Assembly (NCBI RefSeq): GCF_032191835.1
Contig: NC_083230.1
Location: 130,696,001-130,760,000 of the forward strand
Source: Heteronotia binoei
Lineage: Eukaryota
Direction: 5' to 3'
DNA length: 64,000 nt
A model generated the notes under the pieces. That model saw only the letters and a list, made by a program, of their open reading frames with translations. It was not told the origin of the DNA and searched no databases. Below are positions 1 to 12,456 of the stretch, in pieces (the first letter of the stretch is position 1; each line of letters starts with the position of its first letter). A program made the translations under genes and the position numbers.

Positions 1-989
1 TTCCGTTGAATGAGTTGATTCCCTCCCCTATTGAATGCCTGAGTTCTTTTATGGGTCTCTCCTCAAATGATTCTCTTGTCTGAATTTGGTCATTCACTGT
101 TTGAACGGGGGAGTAGTCCTCTCTTTTTCATTTTATCCTCACAACTACCACGCTAGGTCGGTCAGGCTGAGAGAAGATGGCTGGCCCAAGTTCTCCCACA
201 AAACTTCATGTCTGAGTATCTGGATGGAAGTGTACTGGATTCTGCTCTGACCCCTGGCCAACCTGTAGCACTGGCTCTCTTACTGGGTGTTTGGCACCAC
301 CTACACCTGAGGAAACCCACCAGGTGCTTGGAACATCGTCTCTCCCTCCAGTCCTTCCTTCCCCTCCAATTGCCTGTCTGGGATTTCCACTCGAATGCCT
401 CGTTGCCTTCTCAGGCTTCATACATCTATTACAGGATGCACAGTGGTGTGTTCTGTTTCCTTGATTTATTTTTATTTTTCAATTTCTATCCGACCCTCCC
501 TGCAAGTGGGCTCAGGACAGGCGAAGCTCCCTCTAAACTGTTGAGTCTTGTGGGCAAAAATTCTACTTTGTGAACTACTGGCATTAAAGTTACGAGCTGC
601 TGCACAAATTAGTTTGCTCTGGGGCCATCTTTCCTGAGCTATGACAAAATGTGTGAGCTGGAGGCTAAGAAACTGTGAGCTAGCTCACACTCACTCAGCG
701 GAGGGCAGGTAACTATAAATCTCATTAAAAAACAGTCCACATATAGGTGTAAAAACAAGTACATAGATTAAAACACTTAAAAGATGGCAAAGCATAGTGA
801 ATTAGTAATCACTGTATGACCCCACAGGAGAGTAGATGAAATGGAAAGCAGAACGGCATTATCAACAAATGATAACATTTTATAGCTATTTTACTGAGGT
901 ATTACTTTGATTGCGTTAGTTTAAGTTAAGTTGCTGAAGCAGCAAAAACACAAACTGTCATCCTTTGCTCTTGGTATATTTTGTTATCT

Positions 990-1560
990 AAGAACATAAG
1001 AGGCACCATGTTGGATCAGACCAATGACCCATCCAATCCAACACTCCATGTCACACAGTGGCAAAAAAACCCAGGTGCCATCAGGAGGTCCATTAGTGGG
1101 GCCAGGACACTAGACGTTCTCACACTGTGCCCCTCCCAAGCACCAACGCAGAGCATCACTTGCCCCAGACAGAGAGTTCCAACAATATGTTGTGGCTAAT
1201 AGCCACTGATGGACCTCTGCTCCAGATGTTTATCCAATACCCTCTTGAAGCTGGCTATGCTTACGGCTGCCACCACCTTTGAGTGAAGGACTTCCTTTTA
1301 TCTGTTCTAACCCGACTGCTCAGCAATTTCATTGAATGTCCATGCATTCTTGTATTGTGAGAAAGGGAGAAAAGGACTTCTTTCTTTACCTTCTCTATCG
1401 CATGCACAATCTTGTCAACCTTTCTCATGTCACCCCTCAGTCGACATTTCTCCAAGCTAAAGAGCCCCAAGCGTTTTAACCTTTTTTCATAGGGAAAGTG
1501 TTCCAACCCTTGAATAATTCTACTTGCCCTTTTCTGGACTTTCCCCAATGCTATCTTAGG
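990..1560 (-). mobile_element. CR1 LINE 3' fragment; paralogous copies at ~10120-10860, ~17865-18780, ~40270-40540, ~53740-53985
   Basis: ORF 1261-1581 reads [34 protein letters not shown]...HNTRMHGH, the CR1 ORF2 C-terminus. It ends in the CR1 3'UTR/ttatgttc terminus. Confidence 0.9.
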
Positions 1561-2654
1561 ATAAATGCATGTAGTCTCCATTCCATTCTATCGAACAATT
1601 TTGTTTTTTTTTTTCAACCTGAACAACCCCTGGCTCAGCAAGGCTCACCTGGAATGGCTGTTTTGCCATCCAAGAGGCTCAAGAAGCCACTCCGTTTTCT
1701 GCCTGCCTTTTGAGAGAGGAAGTACTCAGGGTCTAGAAATACTGCTAACTGGGAAAACCTACTACTCACCTTTGCACATGGATGACAAGTGATGGTAGGT
1801 TTCCTCCTCCTCCTCCTTCTCCAGGCTTTTGGTCCCTGCTCATCCTGTTTGCAAGATGAGAGCAGTTTAGGCTAAAATTTCCATGATGTTACTGCATGGA
1901 AGCCCCAAGATGTGGAACCCACACTGGGTCTCGAAAGCCTCTTTCTGCTGCCAGCGTGAAGTCTCTGGTGCCCTGGAGCAGTCAGAGGTATACCCGACTG
2001 ATGTTGCCCTGGAGAGCAGAATTCTGTTCTTGGACGAGAGTCCTTTGGGGATGACCTTGGATTGGAGGCCTTCAGGGAGTGAAGTGCAGCGGCTGGATGC
2101 TCAGGGGGATTTATCTGGGTTGTGTCTCACATTGTCTGGGGAGAGAAATATAATTTATACCCAGAGGCATGTCCAGAACTTGTCAATGTGCTGTGGGCTG
2201 GACTAGTGATTTTGTCCTCTGCCCCAGACAGAGAGTTCCAACAATACGCTGTGGCTAATAGCCACCGATGGACCTCTGCTGCAGATGTTTATCCAGTCCC
2301 CTCTTGAAGCTATCTATGCTTGCTTTCTGTGGCCTAGCAGAGCGTGCAGTGGAGTCTTTTGATGACAGTATTTCCCAGATATGTCCCAGATCTCTTGTGT
2401 CAACTGTAGGAGAATTCTGGAACAACTGTCGTCCTGAGAATATGAGTAACTTCTGATTTGTTGGCACCAACTGTAGATTGCTTTAACTTGTACTGTTTAA
2501 TGGTTTTATTGATTTTATGACTGCAATCATAGTTTACTATGATTTGATCAAAGCCACCCTGAGCCCGCCTCAGCTGGGAGGGCGGGGTATAAATCGAATT
2601 AAACATAAACACATTGGGTGAAAGTCTCAATATAAGGCTGGCTCTTGTTAAAAT

Positions 2655-2956
2655 GGCCCTGTGATGCAGAGTGGTAAAGCAGCAGTATTGCAGTACTGTG
2701 ATCTGAGCTCTCTGCTCAAGAACTGAGTTCTATCCCAGCGAAAGCTGGTTCAGGTAGCCGGCCCAAGATTAACTCAGCCTTCCATCCTTCCGAGGTCGGT
2801 CAAAGGAGTCCCCAGCTTGCTGGGGGGAAAGTGACTGGGGAAGGCAGTGGCAAAGCACCCCGTAAAAAGTCTGCTGTGAAAACGTTGTGAAAGCAACGTC
2901 ACCCCAGAGTCAGAAACGACTAGTGCTTGCACAGGGGACCTTTCCTTTCCTTTTCC
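2655..2956 (+). mobile_element. Sauria-type (Squam1-like) SINE
   Basis: tRNA-like head (cagagtggtaaagc...gagttctatccc), body aactcagccttccatccttccgaggtcggt, and a gcacaggggacctttcctttcc tail typical of Sauria SINE. Recognised by eye. Confidence 0.75.
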
Positions 2957-4174
2957 TGTTACTTGTTGGATTATAGAATTTTGTCACCTTCTACCACTTG
3001 TTTATTTCCAGCTGAAATGTTAACAGGCAGCAAACTGAGGTCCAGATTTGATTTGTTACACCCATACCTGACAAGATGTATGCATCATAAACAACAACAG
3101 CAGAAGCGGCAGCATGATATACAAGCAAAACAATATCTTCATAGAGTGATATCACACTGGGAAATTGTCGCAATAGTATCTCGAGGTGAAAAAACCCGAT
3201 TTAGGCACGTCTGTTTTAGAGGGATCAGACAGCCACCGTTGAAGCGGCAGGATCCCGGCAGCCGTCCGTGGTTGTGCGTTCAGACTGCTAGCAATGCTCA
3301 ATCATGGATCCGCTGCAGAAGGGGTGGGGGGGGGGAACCCTAGTGTTGGAAATGGCTTGGCTGATCACACAGCCCTTCCACTTATGAGTCACCCTGGGGC
3401 ATTCAGACAGCAGTCGATTATGTGACCTGCATCTGATTCAGGGGGATGCTACTGGGAAAATCCAGGTAGCTTTTTAAAGTAGATAGGCAGTGCCTGGGGT
3501 GAGAATGGGTGTGACTTGGAGGGCAGATGTGCTTGTGTGATTGCGCACATTTAAATCAAATTGGAGGCATGCCTTGGTCAGGCCAGATCTCTTGTGTGAA
3601 AGCACCCGTAGAATCACAGAATTGGAAGGGGCCATACAGGCCATCTAGTCCAACCCCCTGCTGACTGCAGGATCAGTAGAGGACCTTGTCATATTCTCAG
3701 GGCGCAGGCAGGCGGGAGTCTAAAGCCGGCCTGAAGCCAAAGTCCAGGAAGTCAAGCAGGTGCCGAGTCACCACAGCAAAATCGCAAACCAGAAGCAGAA
3801 GTCAGTGTCCAAAGCCAAAGGGTCAGGGTGCCAAGGAATTCAAACCGGTCAAGAACTGGAATCAGGAAGAAGTGTGGATGCAAGCCAGGAAATCGACTTT
3901 TTGCTTCCACGAGGCTGCCAAGTCCCGGGGTGAGTTATATGGGCACATCAATCAGCCTGCTCCCTGAGTGGCCGTAATTCTCCTAGAACTCGGGGCTAAG
4001 AGATCAGAAGCATTGGCATGCCTCATGCCTGCATTCTGCGAGTGTTTTCTGAAGATGGCTCTGCATTCTTGAGATGGGAGTGGGGGAGTTAGGGAGCTGT
4101 TTCCACTCTTGAATAACTCTGACTGTAAAAAATTGTTTTCTTAATATCCAGCTGATACCTCCCCACCCTTAATT

Positions 4175-5505
4175 GAGAGCCAGTTTGCTGTAGTGGTTAA
4201 GTGTGTGGACTCTTATCTGGGAGAACTGGTATTGATTCCCCACTCCTCCACTTGCAGCTGCTGGAATGGCCTTGGGTCAGCCATGGCTCTCTTATCTGGG
4301 AGAACTGGGTTGGATTCCCCACTCCTCTACTTGCACCTGCTGGGATGGCCTTGGGTCAGCCAGAGCTCTCTTATCTGGGAGAACCGGGTTTGATTCCCCA
4401 CTCCTCCACTTGCAGCTGCTGGAATGGCCTTGGGTCAACCAGAGCTCTCTTATCTGGGAGAACCGGGTTGGATTCCCCACTCCTCCACTTGCAGCTGCTG
4501 GAATGGCCTTGGGTCAGCCAGAGCTCTCTTATCTGGGAGAACCGGGTTGGATTCCCCACTCCTCCACTTGCAGCTGCTGGAATGGCCTTGGGTCAGCCAG
4601 AGCTCTCTTATCTGGGAGAACCGGGTTGGATTCCCCACTCCTCCACTTGCAGCTGCTGGAATGGCCTTGGGTCAGCCAGAGCTCTCTTATCTGGGAGAAC
4701 CGGGTTTGATTCCCCACTCCTCCACTTGCACTTGCTAGCATGGCCTTGGGTCAGCCAGAGCTCTCTTATCTGGGAGAACCGGACTTGATTCCCCACTCCT
4801 CCACTTGCACCTGCTGGAATGGCCTTGGATCAGCCAGAGCTCTCTTATCTGGGAGAACCGGACTTGATTCCCCACTCCTCCACTTGCACCTGCTGGAATG
4901 GCCTTGGATCAGACAGAGCTCTCTTATCTGGGAGAACTGGGTTTGATTCCCCACTCCTCTACTTCCACCTGCTAGCATGGCCTTGGGTCAGCCAGAGCTT
5001 TCTTATCTAGGAGAACCGGGTTTGATTCCCCACCCCTCCACTTGCACCTGCTGGAATGGCCTTTGGTCAGTCAGAGCTCCTTTACCTGGGAGAACTGGGT
5101 TTGATTCCCCACTCCTCCACTTGCTGCTGCTGGAATGGCCTTGGGTCAACCATAGCTCTCTTATCTGGGAGAACCCGGTTTGATTCCCCGCTCCTCCACT
5201 TGCAGCTGCTGGAATGGCCTTGAGTCAGTCCTAGCTTTGGCAGAGGTTGTCCTTGGAAGGGCAGCTGTTGTGAGAGCCCTCTCAACCCACCCACCTCACA
5301 GGGTGTCTGTTGTGGGGGAAGAAGGGAAAGGAGATTGTGAGCCACTCTGAGACTCTTCGGAGTGGAAGGTGGGATATGAATCCAATATCTTCATCTACCT
5401 CACAGGGTGTCTGTTGTGGGGGTGGGGAAGGTAAAGGAGATGGCGAGCCGCTCTGAGACTCTTCAGAGTGGAGGGCGGGATGTAAATCCAATATCTTCTT
5501 CTTCT
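4175..5505 (+). repeat. Squam3-like tRNA SINE with an internal 79-bp tandem array (13 copies) and a duplicated 3' tail
   Basis: Head gagagccagtttgctgtagtggttaag. The unit ctcttatctgggagaaccgggtttgattccccactcctccacttgcagctgctggaatggccttgggtcagccagagct recurs every 79 nt from 4210 to 5158. SINE body and tail follow; the tail is repeated at ~5396-5505. Confidence 0.9.
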
Positions 5506-6588
5506 ATGAGCCACCTCGCTGCGAGGCTGGACAGGGGAGCTGGGGGGTCTTTCCCCCACTCATACCATGGGAGGGAGGGTGACCTTGGGCCAGGTGCCTC
5601 ACCTCAGCCTGGCCGTCCCAACAGCCTGCCCAAGCACACGGGGCTGTTGTGGTCATGGCACAACCTATGGGGGGGGGAGCTAATGGAGTGGATGCATGGT
5701 TGGTGACTCACATTCTGTTCTGCAGCCACCAGGGGAGGGGTTCCCCACACGTAGTGGGGGGGGGCATCAAGGCATCATGGAGGGACTCCAGGTCTGTGCT
5801 GGGGGGGGCGGCTTCCCTGTGCAACTTGGTGACATGCCGGGACTCTGCTCGATCCAATACACACATTTTGACTGGCGTCTATGTGTATACTCGTCCACGA
5901 TGTGTTCCCTGCCTGTTTATAGCTCGCTGGGAGGGCATGCAACTCCGGTCATCTGCCTGCCATTGGCATGAGTCTCTGACAGAGGGTGGGTGCAGCCGTG
6001 GGGCTGGCCAATCCTGCAGCTCCACGCTTCCTCTTCCCTCCCCCCGCCCCACTTTAGCAGTGAGCCAGGCTTCTCTCTTGTGCACGTGCACTCATCCAGC
6101 CTCCCGCCTTTCCCCTCCCCACGTCGTCAGCAGGACTTCTCTCCATTGACTTGGCCATATGCCTGTGATTGGCACAGTTCTCTGTCGGGGCGGGGAGGGA
6201 AAGGTGATCAGCCTCTCCAGGGCGGCCTCTCCCCACACTGACTGTCGTGCGATGGTGCCTGCACCAGGACTGGCCAATCCGGTGGCCCTGAGATGCCCCT
6301 CCCCTCCTTCTGCCTCCTCCTCGGCCAAGTTGCCGTGGGGATGGTCTTGCATGCGAAGAGCTACGCTTCCACCCCCCACAAACACACCTGGCATAACTTA
6401 GCCCTCAGGGAGTCAACCAGCAGTACCTCAGTTATGCCTACATTGCCACAGTCAGCCGCCCCGTAAGTCAGGATAGGGCTGCCCATCACTCTTTGAATGT
6501 AGTTCTCCATCCAGCTCTTTGATCTGTCCTAGAATGACCTGAGGCTTTCAGTTTACAATTAAGTGGTGCTGAACATAAGAGCATAAGA

Positions 6589-7705
6589 CATGGGTGGGGA
6601 ACCTTTTTTCTGCCAAGAGCCATATGAATATTTATAACATCATTTGTGGGCCATAAAAAATTATTACCTTAAAAAACAGTGCTCCGCCGAGGGAGAACGA
6701 TTCAGGCCAGCAAATTTAATGCAAATAATTCTTTTTCTATTTGAAGTCATGTGAGGCAAGCCTAATCTGGCACGCACACACACACACAAGGTGTCAAGCA
6801 TTGATATTTCGAAATAATCAAGCTTTTGTTTTAAATCAAAGACTTGTTTTATTGAAACTCAATGACTTGATCCAAGGACTGATACCTTGGAAGTAATACA
6901 GGTCACACTGTTGCATAGTATCTTAAAGGTTACCTCAAGACAAATTTACAGATAACTACAAAAGAATAACACAAAGATGTAAATTGCATTGAAGGTTCAA
7001 AGGCTAGTTACTAATGTCTCTTTGGCGACTAAGGAATGCTAACATCTCCGTTTCTCACACATTCTCTGCTAGCTGATAAGACAGGGCTGTGAGAATCTGG
7101 GGGAGAGGCACTTTGCATTGCTAATACAAGGTTACCATACACATCCTGAAGCAAAGAGAGATTTATTATGCATTTCCAGATAGGTGCAAGAATAGAAAAG
7201 GGGGGGGGGGAGAGAAGGAGCAGAAAGGAAAGTATGGATGAACCAGTACTAGGAATAGCATGCTTGACAGACGGCACGCCGCCCTAGGCAAAGGCATAGG
7301 TCCAGAGCTTTTTTGTAGAAAAAGCCCAGCAGAACTCAGTAGCATATTAGACCACATCCCCTAATATTAGCATATTAGGTCACACACTCATTAGGCCACA
7401 CCATCTGGGATAATCAAGTGCAAACTGAAGTGTGACTGTAACTTTTCCAGGCCCTGCAGCAATTCTGGCTGGCCAGCCAGGCCCCAGGAAGGCTGCCGCA
7501 CAGTACATCTGGGCCCTGTGATCCCTGCCTGGCCCTGGGGAGGCTGCTGCACAGCGCGGCTGGGCCCCTCAATCTGCACTGGCTAGCCAGACCCCAAGGA
7601 GGCTGCCACATGGCAATCTATGTATCTGTCCAGCAATCCCCGAGGGCCACGTCAAGTGACCACGAGGGCCTTATACGGCCCTTGGGATGGAGGTTCCCCA
7701 CCCCT
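6589..7705. mobile_element. Non-autonomous hAT-like element immediately downstream of OR1
   Basis: Termini catgggtggggaacc ... ggttcccacccctg form imperfect TIRs. No clean TSD. The right end recurs at 15353-15392. Confidence 0.5.
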
Positions 7706-7738
7706 GCTCTAAAGGGAATAGAAAAATTCTCTGGTGCC

Positions 7739-8695
7739 CTAATTCATAGTCTCATGATGTTTCAGCTTCCCTTGGTTTTCTAGAACCTTCCTGAAAGCCC
7801 CTTTCACATCCTTGTTCCGGAGGCTGTAGATCAAGGGGTTGACGATAGGGGGGATTAAACAGAACATGGTTGAGACCAGAGTGTCAATCTCTAAGGAATA
7901 CCCAGCGCTTGGACGGTTATAGTTAAGCAATCCGTTTCCAAAATAAATGATGACAACAGTGACATGAGAAGCACAGGTGGAGAAGGCTTTGCGCTTGGTG
8001 TTGTCAGAATGGATCTTCAAGATGGTGGCCAGGATGAAGCCATAGGAGAGGATGATGAATAAGAAGGGTCCCCCACCCACAAAAAGGCTTGCGATGTGGA
8101 TGACAAGTTCATTGATGCGTGCATCGTTGCAAGCAATTTTTATCAGTGGGGGCAGATCACAGTAGATGTGGTGGATCTGGTTGGCTCCACAAAAGGACAA
8201 TTTGGTGCTGAGCGCTGTATGAAGAGCGGAGTTTAGGGCTCCCCCGATCCAAGTGGCCAAGGCTAGGATGGTGCAAACCTTGGGACTCATGAGGCGGGAG
8301 TAATGCAGAGGTTTACAGATGGCAACATATCGGTCATAGGCCATGACAGCCAGCAATACAACCTCTGTCTCTACAAAAGAGGCCAGGAAGAAGATCTGGG
8401 CCATGCACTGGTTGTAGGAGATGGTCTGCCGCTGGTTCAAGAAGTTCACCAGAATTTTGGGGACCGTAACGGAGGAGATACACATATCTAGAATGGAGAG
8501 ATGGCTGAGGAAGTAATACATGGGCGTACGGAGGCTGGAATCCAGTTGAATCAGAGTAAATATCATGAGGTTCCCCAGCACGGTGACCAAGTAAATAGCT
8601 AGGAATGGCAGGAAGAGGTAGATGTGGCCGTTGGGAATAGTGGAGAAACCCAGGAAGACAAACTCCACCACTGGCGTCTGGTTCCTCACTCCCAT
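7739..8695 (-). CDS. Olfactory receptor, class II (OR1 of cluster), 318 aa, intact
   Basis: Single-exon 7TM with LRTPMYYFLSHLS, MAYDRYVAICKPLHY, KAFSTCASH and PLIYSLRN. The true ATG is at 8695; the ORF track's 8719 start is non-ATG and crosses the splice acceptor. Confidence 0.97.
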   Translation of the reverse strand: MGVRNQTPVVEFVFLGFSTIPNGHIYLFLPFLAIYLVTVLGNLMIFTLIQLDSSLRTPMYYFLSHLSILDMCISSVTVPKILVNFLNQRQTISYNQCMAQIFFLASFVETEVVLLAVMAYDRYVAICKPLHYSRLMSPKVCTILALATWIGGALNSALHTALSTKLSFCGANQIHHIYCDLPPLIKIACNDARINELVIHIASLFVGGGPFLFIILSYGFILATILKIHSDNTKRKAFSTCASHVTVVIIYFGNGLLNYNRPSAGYSLEIDTLVSTMFCLIPPIVNPLIYSLRNKDVKGAFRKVLENQGKLKHHETMN

Positions 8696-8707
8696 TGAGA
8701 GTTCAGG

Positions 8708-8735
8708 ACTTACCTGCAAGAAGAAAAAAAATCAA
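8708..8735 (-). promoter_or_regulatory. Splice acceptor of the OR coding exon (same site upstream of all five ORs)
   Basis: Minus strand reads ttttttttcttcttgcag|gtaagtcctgaactctcaATG: a polypyrimidine tract and CAG about 18 nt before the ATG. Paralogous sites at ~16400, ~33409, ~50465, ~59307. Confidence 0.75.
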
Positions 8736-9277
8736 CTGAGAGAAGACACCTTGGCATAGCAAGTGTATTTGGGATGTCTCTTGACAGCTTGAAGTCATGA
8801 GGAGGAAGTAGAGTTCTTGGAGTTATACCCCCCCACACCCCAATGGATATTGGATGTGTTACTGAGTCATGAGTTCTGGTTCCTCCCTCCTTCTCCCACG
8901 CCCCCAAAGGTCTCCTGCATACAAAATGACACTGTCCTTGTTCTCCCCACCTTGCATCTCTCTGCTTCCTTTGAACAAAGTCTGAGTCCAGCAGCACCTT
9001 AAAGACCAACAAAGTGTTATTCTGGGGATAAGCTTTTCTGTGCATACATACAATAGGTTACCCTGGAATATGACTTTGTTGGTCTGAAAGGGGCCCCTGG
9101 ACTCAGAATTTATTCTGCTGCTTCAGACCGACCCGGCTTTCCACAACAGTCAGCTTCCTTTGAATTGGTTAAGCCCTCTCCTCTTTGAGTCCTGAGGTTT
9201 TTTACCATTCTCTCCTCAAATGATTCTCCTGTCTGTATTTGGTCATTCACTGCTTGAACGGGGGAATAGTCCTTTCC

Positions 9278-9490
9278 TGTGTTCCCTCTTAGCTGAGTGA
9301 GCTTGAGCTAGCTCACAGATTTTTAGCCTCCAGCTCATACATTTTTGCCTTCGCTCAGGAAGGATGACCCCAGAGCACACTAATTTATGCGGTAGCTCAC
9401 AACTTTAATGCCAGTAGTTCACAACTTCAATGCCAGGAGCTAACAAAGTAGAATTTTTGCTCGCAAGACTCTGCAGCTTAGAGGAAACAT
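9278..9490. mobile_element. hAT-like MITE; copies at ~530-710, ~16957-17233, ~51790-51977, ~63818-64000
   Basis: TIR-like ends gtgttccctctta ... ttagaggaaacat. Internal agctcacaactttaatgcc repeats are expanded in the 17070-17190 copy. Confidence 0.6.
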
Positions 9491-10879
9491 CCTCTCTTGT
9501 TTTGTTTGTTTGTGGGGTAATCCTAGGGTTCTGTTCCTTTCGATGCTTCCCTTATACATGGACCGATTTTGTACTAGGCTTGTTCCGGGTGGGGGAAGCC
9601 CTTTTGCTCCCAAGGCTTCTCTCCATTTTCGCACAAGTTGCTCTGGAGCTGTGAGTTGGTGCGGTGCTCTTCCACAGCAAGCAGGATCCTCTTCCAAGGG
9701 GTTTTTGCTTGCCGCAGGAGAACAGCTTGCCAACTCGCAGCTCCGGAGCAACTTGTGCAAAAACGGAGAGAAGCGCCAGGATAAAAAGGGCTCTCCACTC
9801 CAAACAAGCCCTAGTGTGAAATCGGTCAGAGTCTCTAGATGGATTTTGCAGATTATCTCTGCCTATCTGACTGGCACATAGAATCATAGAAGAATCATAG
9901 AACCATAAAGTTGGAAGGGACTCCCTAGGTCATCTACTCCAACCCCCTGCACAATGCAATAAACTCACAAATACCTCCCCCCAAATTCACAGGGTCTTCA
10001 TTGCTGTCATTGCTAGCCTCTGTTGAAAAACCTCTAATGAAGGAGAGCCCACCACCTCCCAAGGAAGCCTGTTCCACTGAGGAACCGCTCTAATGAACAT
10101 CTTGTCCCACTCTTCCACAGAACATAAGAACATAAGAGAAGCCATGTTGGATCAGGTCAATGGCCCATGCAGTCCAGCACTGTGTGTTACACAGTGGCCA
10201 AAGAAACTATCAGGTGCCATCAGGAGGTCCATCAGTGAGGCTAGAAGCCCTCCCACTGTACCCCTCGAAGCACCACGAATACAGATCATCTTACCCCAGA
10301 CAGAGAGTTCCAACAATACGCTGTGGCTAGTAGCCACTGATGGACCTCTGCTCTATATGCTTATCCAATCCCCTTTTGAAGCTGTCTATGCTTGTAGCCT
10401 TCATCACCTCCTGTGGTAGTGAATTCCACATGTTAATCACCCTTTGGCTGAAGAAGTACTTCCTTTTATCAGTTCTAACCCAACTGCTCAGCAATTTCAT
10501 TGAATGTCCACGAGTTCTTGTGAGAAAGGAAGAAAAATACTTCTTTCTCTACCTTTTCTCTACCCAATTCTCTACCTATGTATAATATTGTAAACCTCTA
10601 CCATGTCACCCCACAGTCAACATTTCTCCAAGCTAAAGAGCCCTAAGTGTTTTAACCTTTCTTTATAGGGAAAGTGTTCCAACCCTTGAATCATTCTAGT
10701 TGCCCTTTTCTGCCCTTTTCCCAATGCTATATCTTTTTTGAGGTGCAGTGACCAGAATTGTACACAGTACTCCAAATGAGGCCGCACCATCGATTTATAC
10801 AGGGTTATTATGATAACTGGCTGATTTATTTTCAATCCCCTTCCTAATAATTTCCAATTTAATGTTGGCCTTTTTAAAT

Positions 10880-11830
10880 TGCAGTTCCACACTGCAATAA
10901 AAGATGGCAAAGCATAGTGAATTAGCAATCATTGTATGTCCCTCCCACCCCCCCAAGCTGGAGCAGATGAATTGGAAACCAGAACGGCATTGTAAGTAAA
11001 TTGTTGTTATTTTATTGAGGCACTACCTTGAGGCACTACCTTGCCTCACTACCTTGATTGCATTAATTGAAGCTGTCGAAGCAGCAAAAGCACAAACTGC
11101 CGTCCTTTGCTCTTGGTATATTGTATTATTTTGGAAAAATGTATGTGGACTCCATTCCACTCTACTGAACAGTTTCAAAATCTGAACAAACCGTAGTTCT
11201 GCAAGGCTCACCTGGAGTGGCTGTTTTGGCAGCCCTTTCTCCTGCCAGCATGTTGACAGGGGGGTTGTCGGACACCTGGAAATAGCCTGGCCCCGCAAAG
11301 CTACTCACCTTTGCACATGGATGACAAGTGATGGCAGGTTTCCTCCTCCTCCTTCTCCAGGCTTTTGGCCCCTGCTCATCCTGTTTACCAGATGAGAGCA
11401 GTTTAGGCCAAAGCTTCCACGATGTTACTGCATGGCAGCCCCAAGATGTGGAACCTACACTGAGTCTCGAATGCCTCTCTCCTCTGCCAGCGTGAAGCCC
11501 CTGATGCCCTGGAGCAGACAGAGGTATACCCAACTGGTGCTGCCGGGAGAGTCAAATTCTATTCCTGGATGAGGGTCCTTTGGGATGGGCCTGGATTAGA
11601 GGTCTTCAGGGAGCGAAGTGCAGCGGTTGGAAGCTCAGGGGATTTGTCTGGGTTGTGTCTCACGTTTTCCGGGGGGAGAAGTATAATTTCTACCCAGAGG
11701 CACATCCAGAACTTGTCAACCTCCTGTGGGCTGGACTAGAGATGCTGTCTTCAGCTTTCTCCCCAAAGCTACTCCCTGGCTTGCATTTCTGTTCTCTGCA
11801 GTTTGGCTGGTCCTAGTAAGAAGTAGGGTT
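10880..11830 (-). other. Conserved duplicated block X upstream of each OR; copies at ~780-2220 (split by CR1), ~18780-19670, ~40560-41520, ~54340-55218
   Basis: Closely similar ~0.9 kb sequence in five units, with no TE motif recognised. It carries minus-strand donor motifs AAG|GTGAGT (11303-11308) and CAG|GTGAGC (11206-11211). Confidence 0.6.
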
Positions 11831-12456
11831 GCCAATGCCCAATTGCGAAGCAAGGGAGACGTGCTCGACAAAAAAAGTCCATTTCAGTGAGATTTACAAA
11901 AACATGCTGCAGTTCCTCAGGAGAAAGATTTTTTTAAAGACTCACTATTGAAGGAATATCTCATGCTATTTTATGACATATAATCTACATAACCAAAATT
12001 ATAAATCAAAACTACAATAAAGCATTTGCCATTTTTCATCATGAAAGTGTCCATGAAGAATAAAGACTCCATGTCTGCATATGCCTCTGCAGGTCTGGCT
12101 GCCATTGGCAGAGTCTCTGACAGTGGGAGGGTGCAAGGGGATTGACGGCCTCTCAGACGCAGGCTTTCCACCACCACACACACACCCCGGTCACATGCAA
12201 CAGACTGGCCAATCCTGTGGTTCTGCGTGACCCTGTCCCTCCCCCCCCCACCCCCACCTTGGCAGCGGACCAATGATGCACGCACAGGCGAGATCACCAT
12301 GGGGATGGCTTCTCTCTCGCTTGTCCCCGTGAGCTCCCCCTCTCTGCCTGGTGTAACGTCTGCCCTTTGGAAGCCAACTATGGCCACCTACGTTAGTTCT
12401 ACATTCAGGAGCGCCTACACAGCAGTTCTTAGGATTGGGCTGTTAATTCTTTATAG

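Noticed and set aside
3687-4100. Possible additional LTR inside a CR1 tail
   Set aside because: It starts TG and has LTR-like short repeats, but I could not define its end or a TSD.
4193-5183. Many ORFs such as MALGQPELSYLGEPG... and MGNQTRFSQIRELW... (also at 27-28, 39, 41-43, 52 and 55 kb)
   Set aside because: These are translations of a 79-nt repeat, which is not a multiple of 3. Frames rotate, and ORF length depends only on tga/gga variants in the B box.
8696-8719. N-terminal extension MQVSPELS of OR1 in the ORF track
   Set aside because: It starts at a non-ATG codon and crosses the splice acceptor. All paralogs start at the MG(V/L/G)RNQ ATG.
10950-11540. Block X as a protein-coding gene (ORFs 11023-11298, 11162-11533, 18834-19124)
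   Set aside because: Frames and stops are not conserved between the five copies, and no domain is recognisable.
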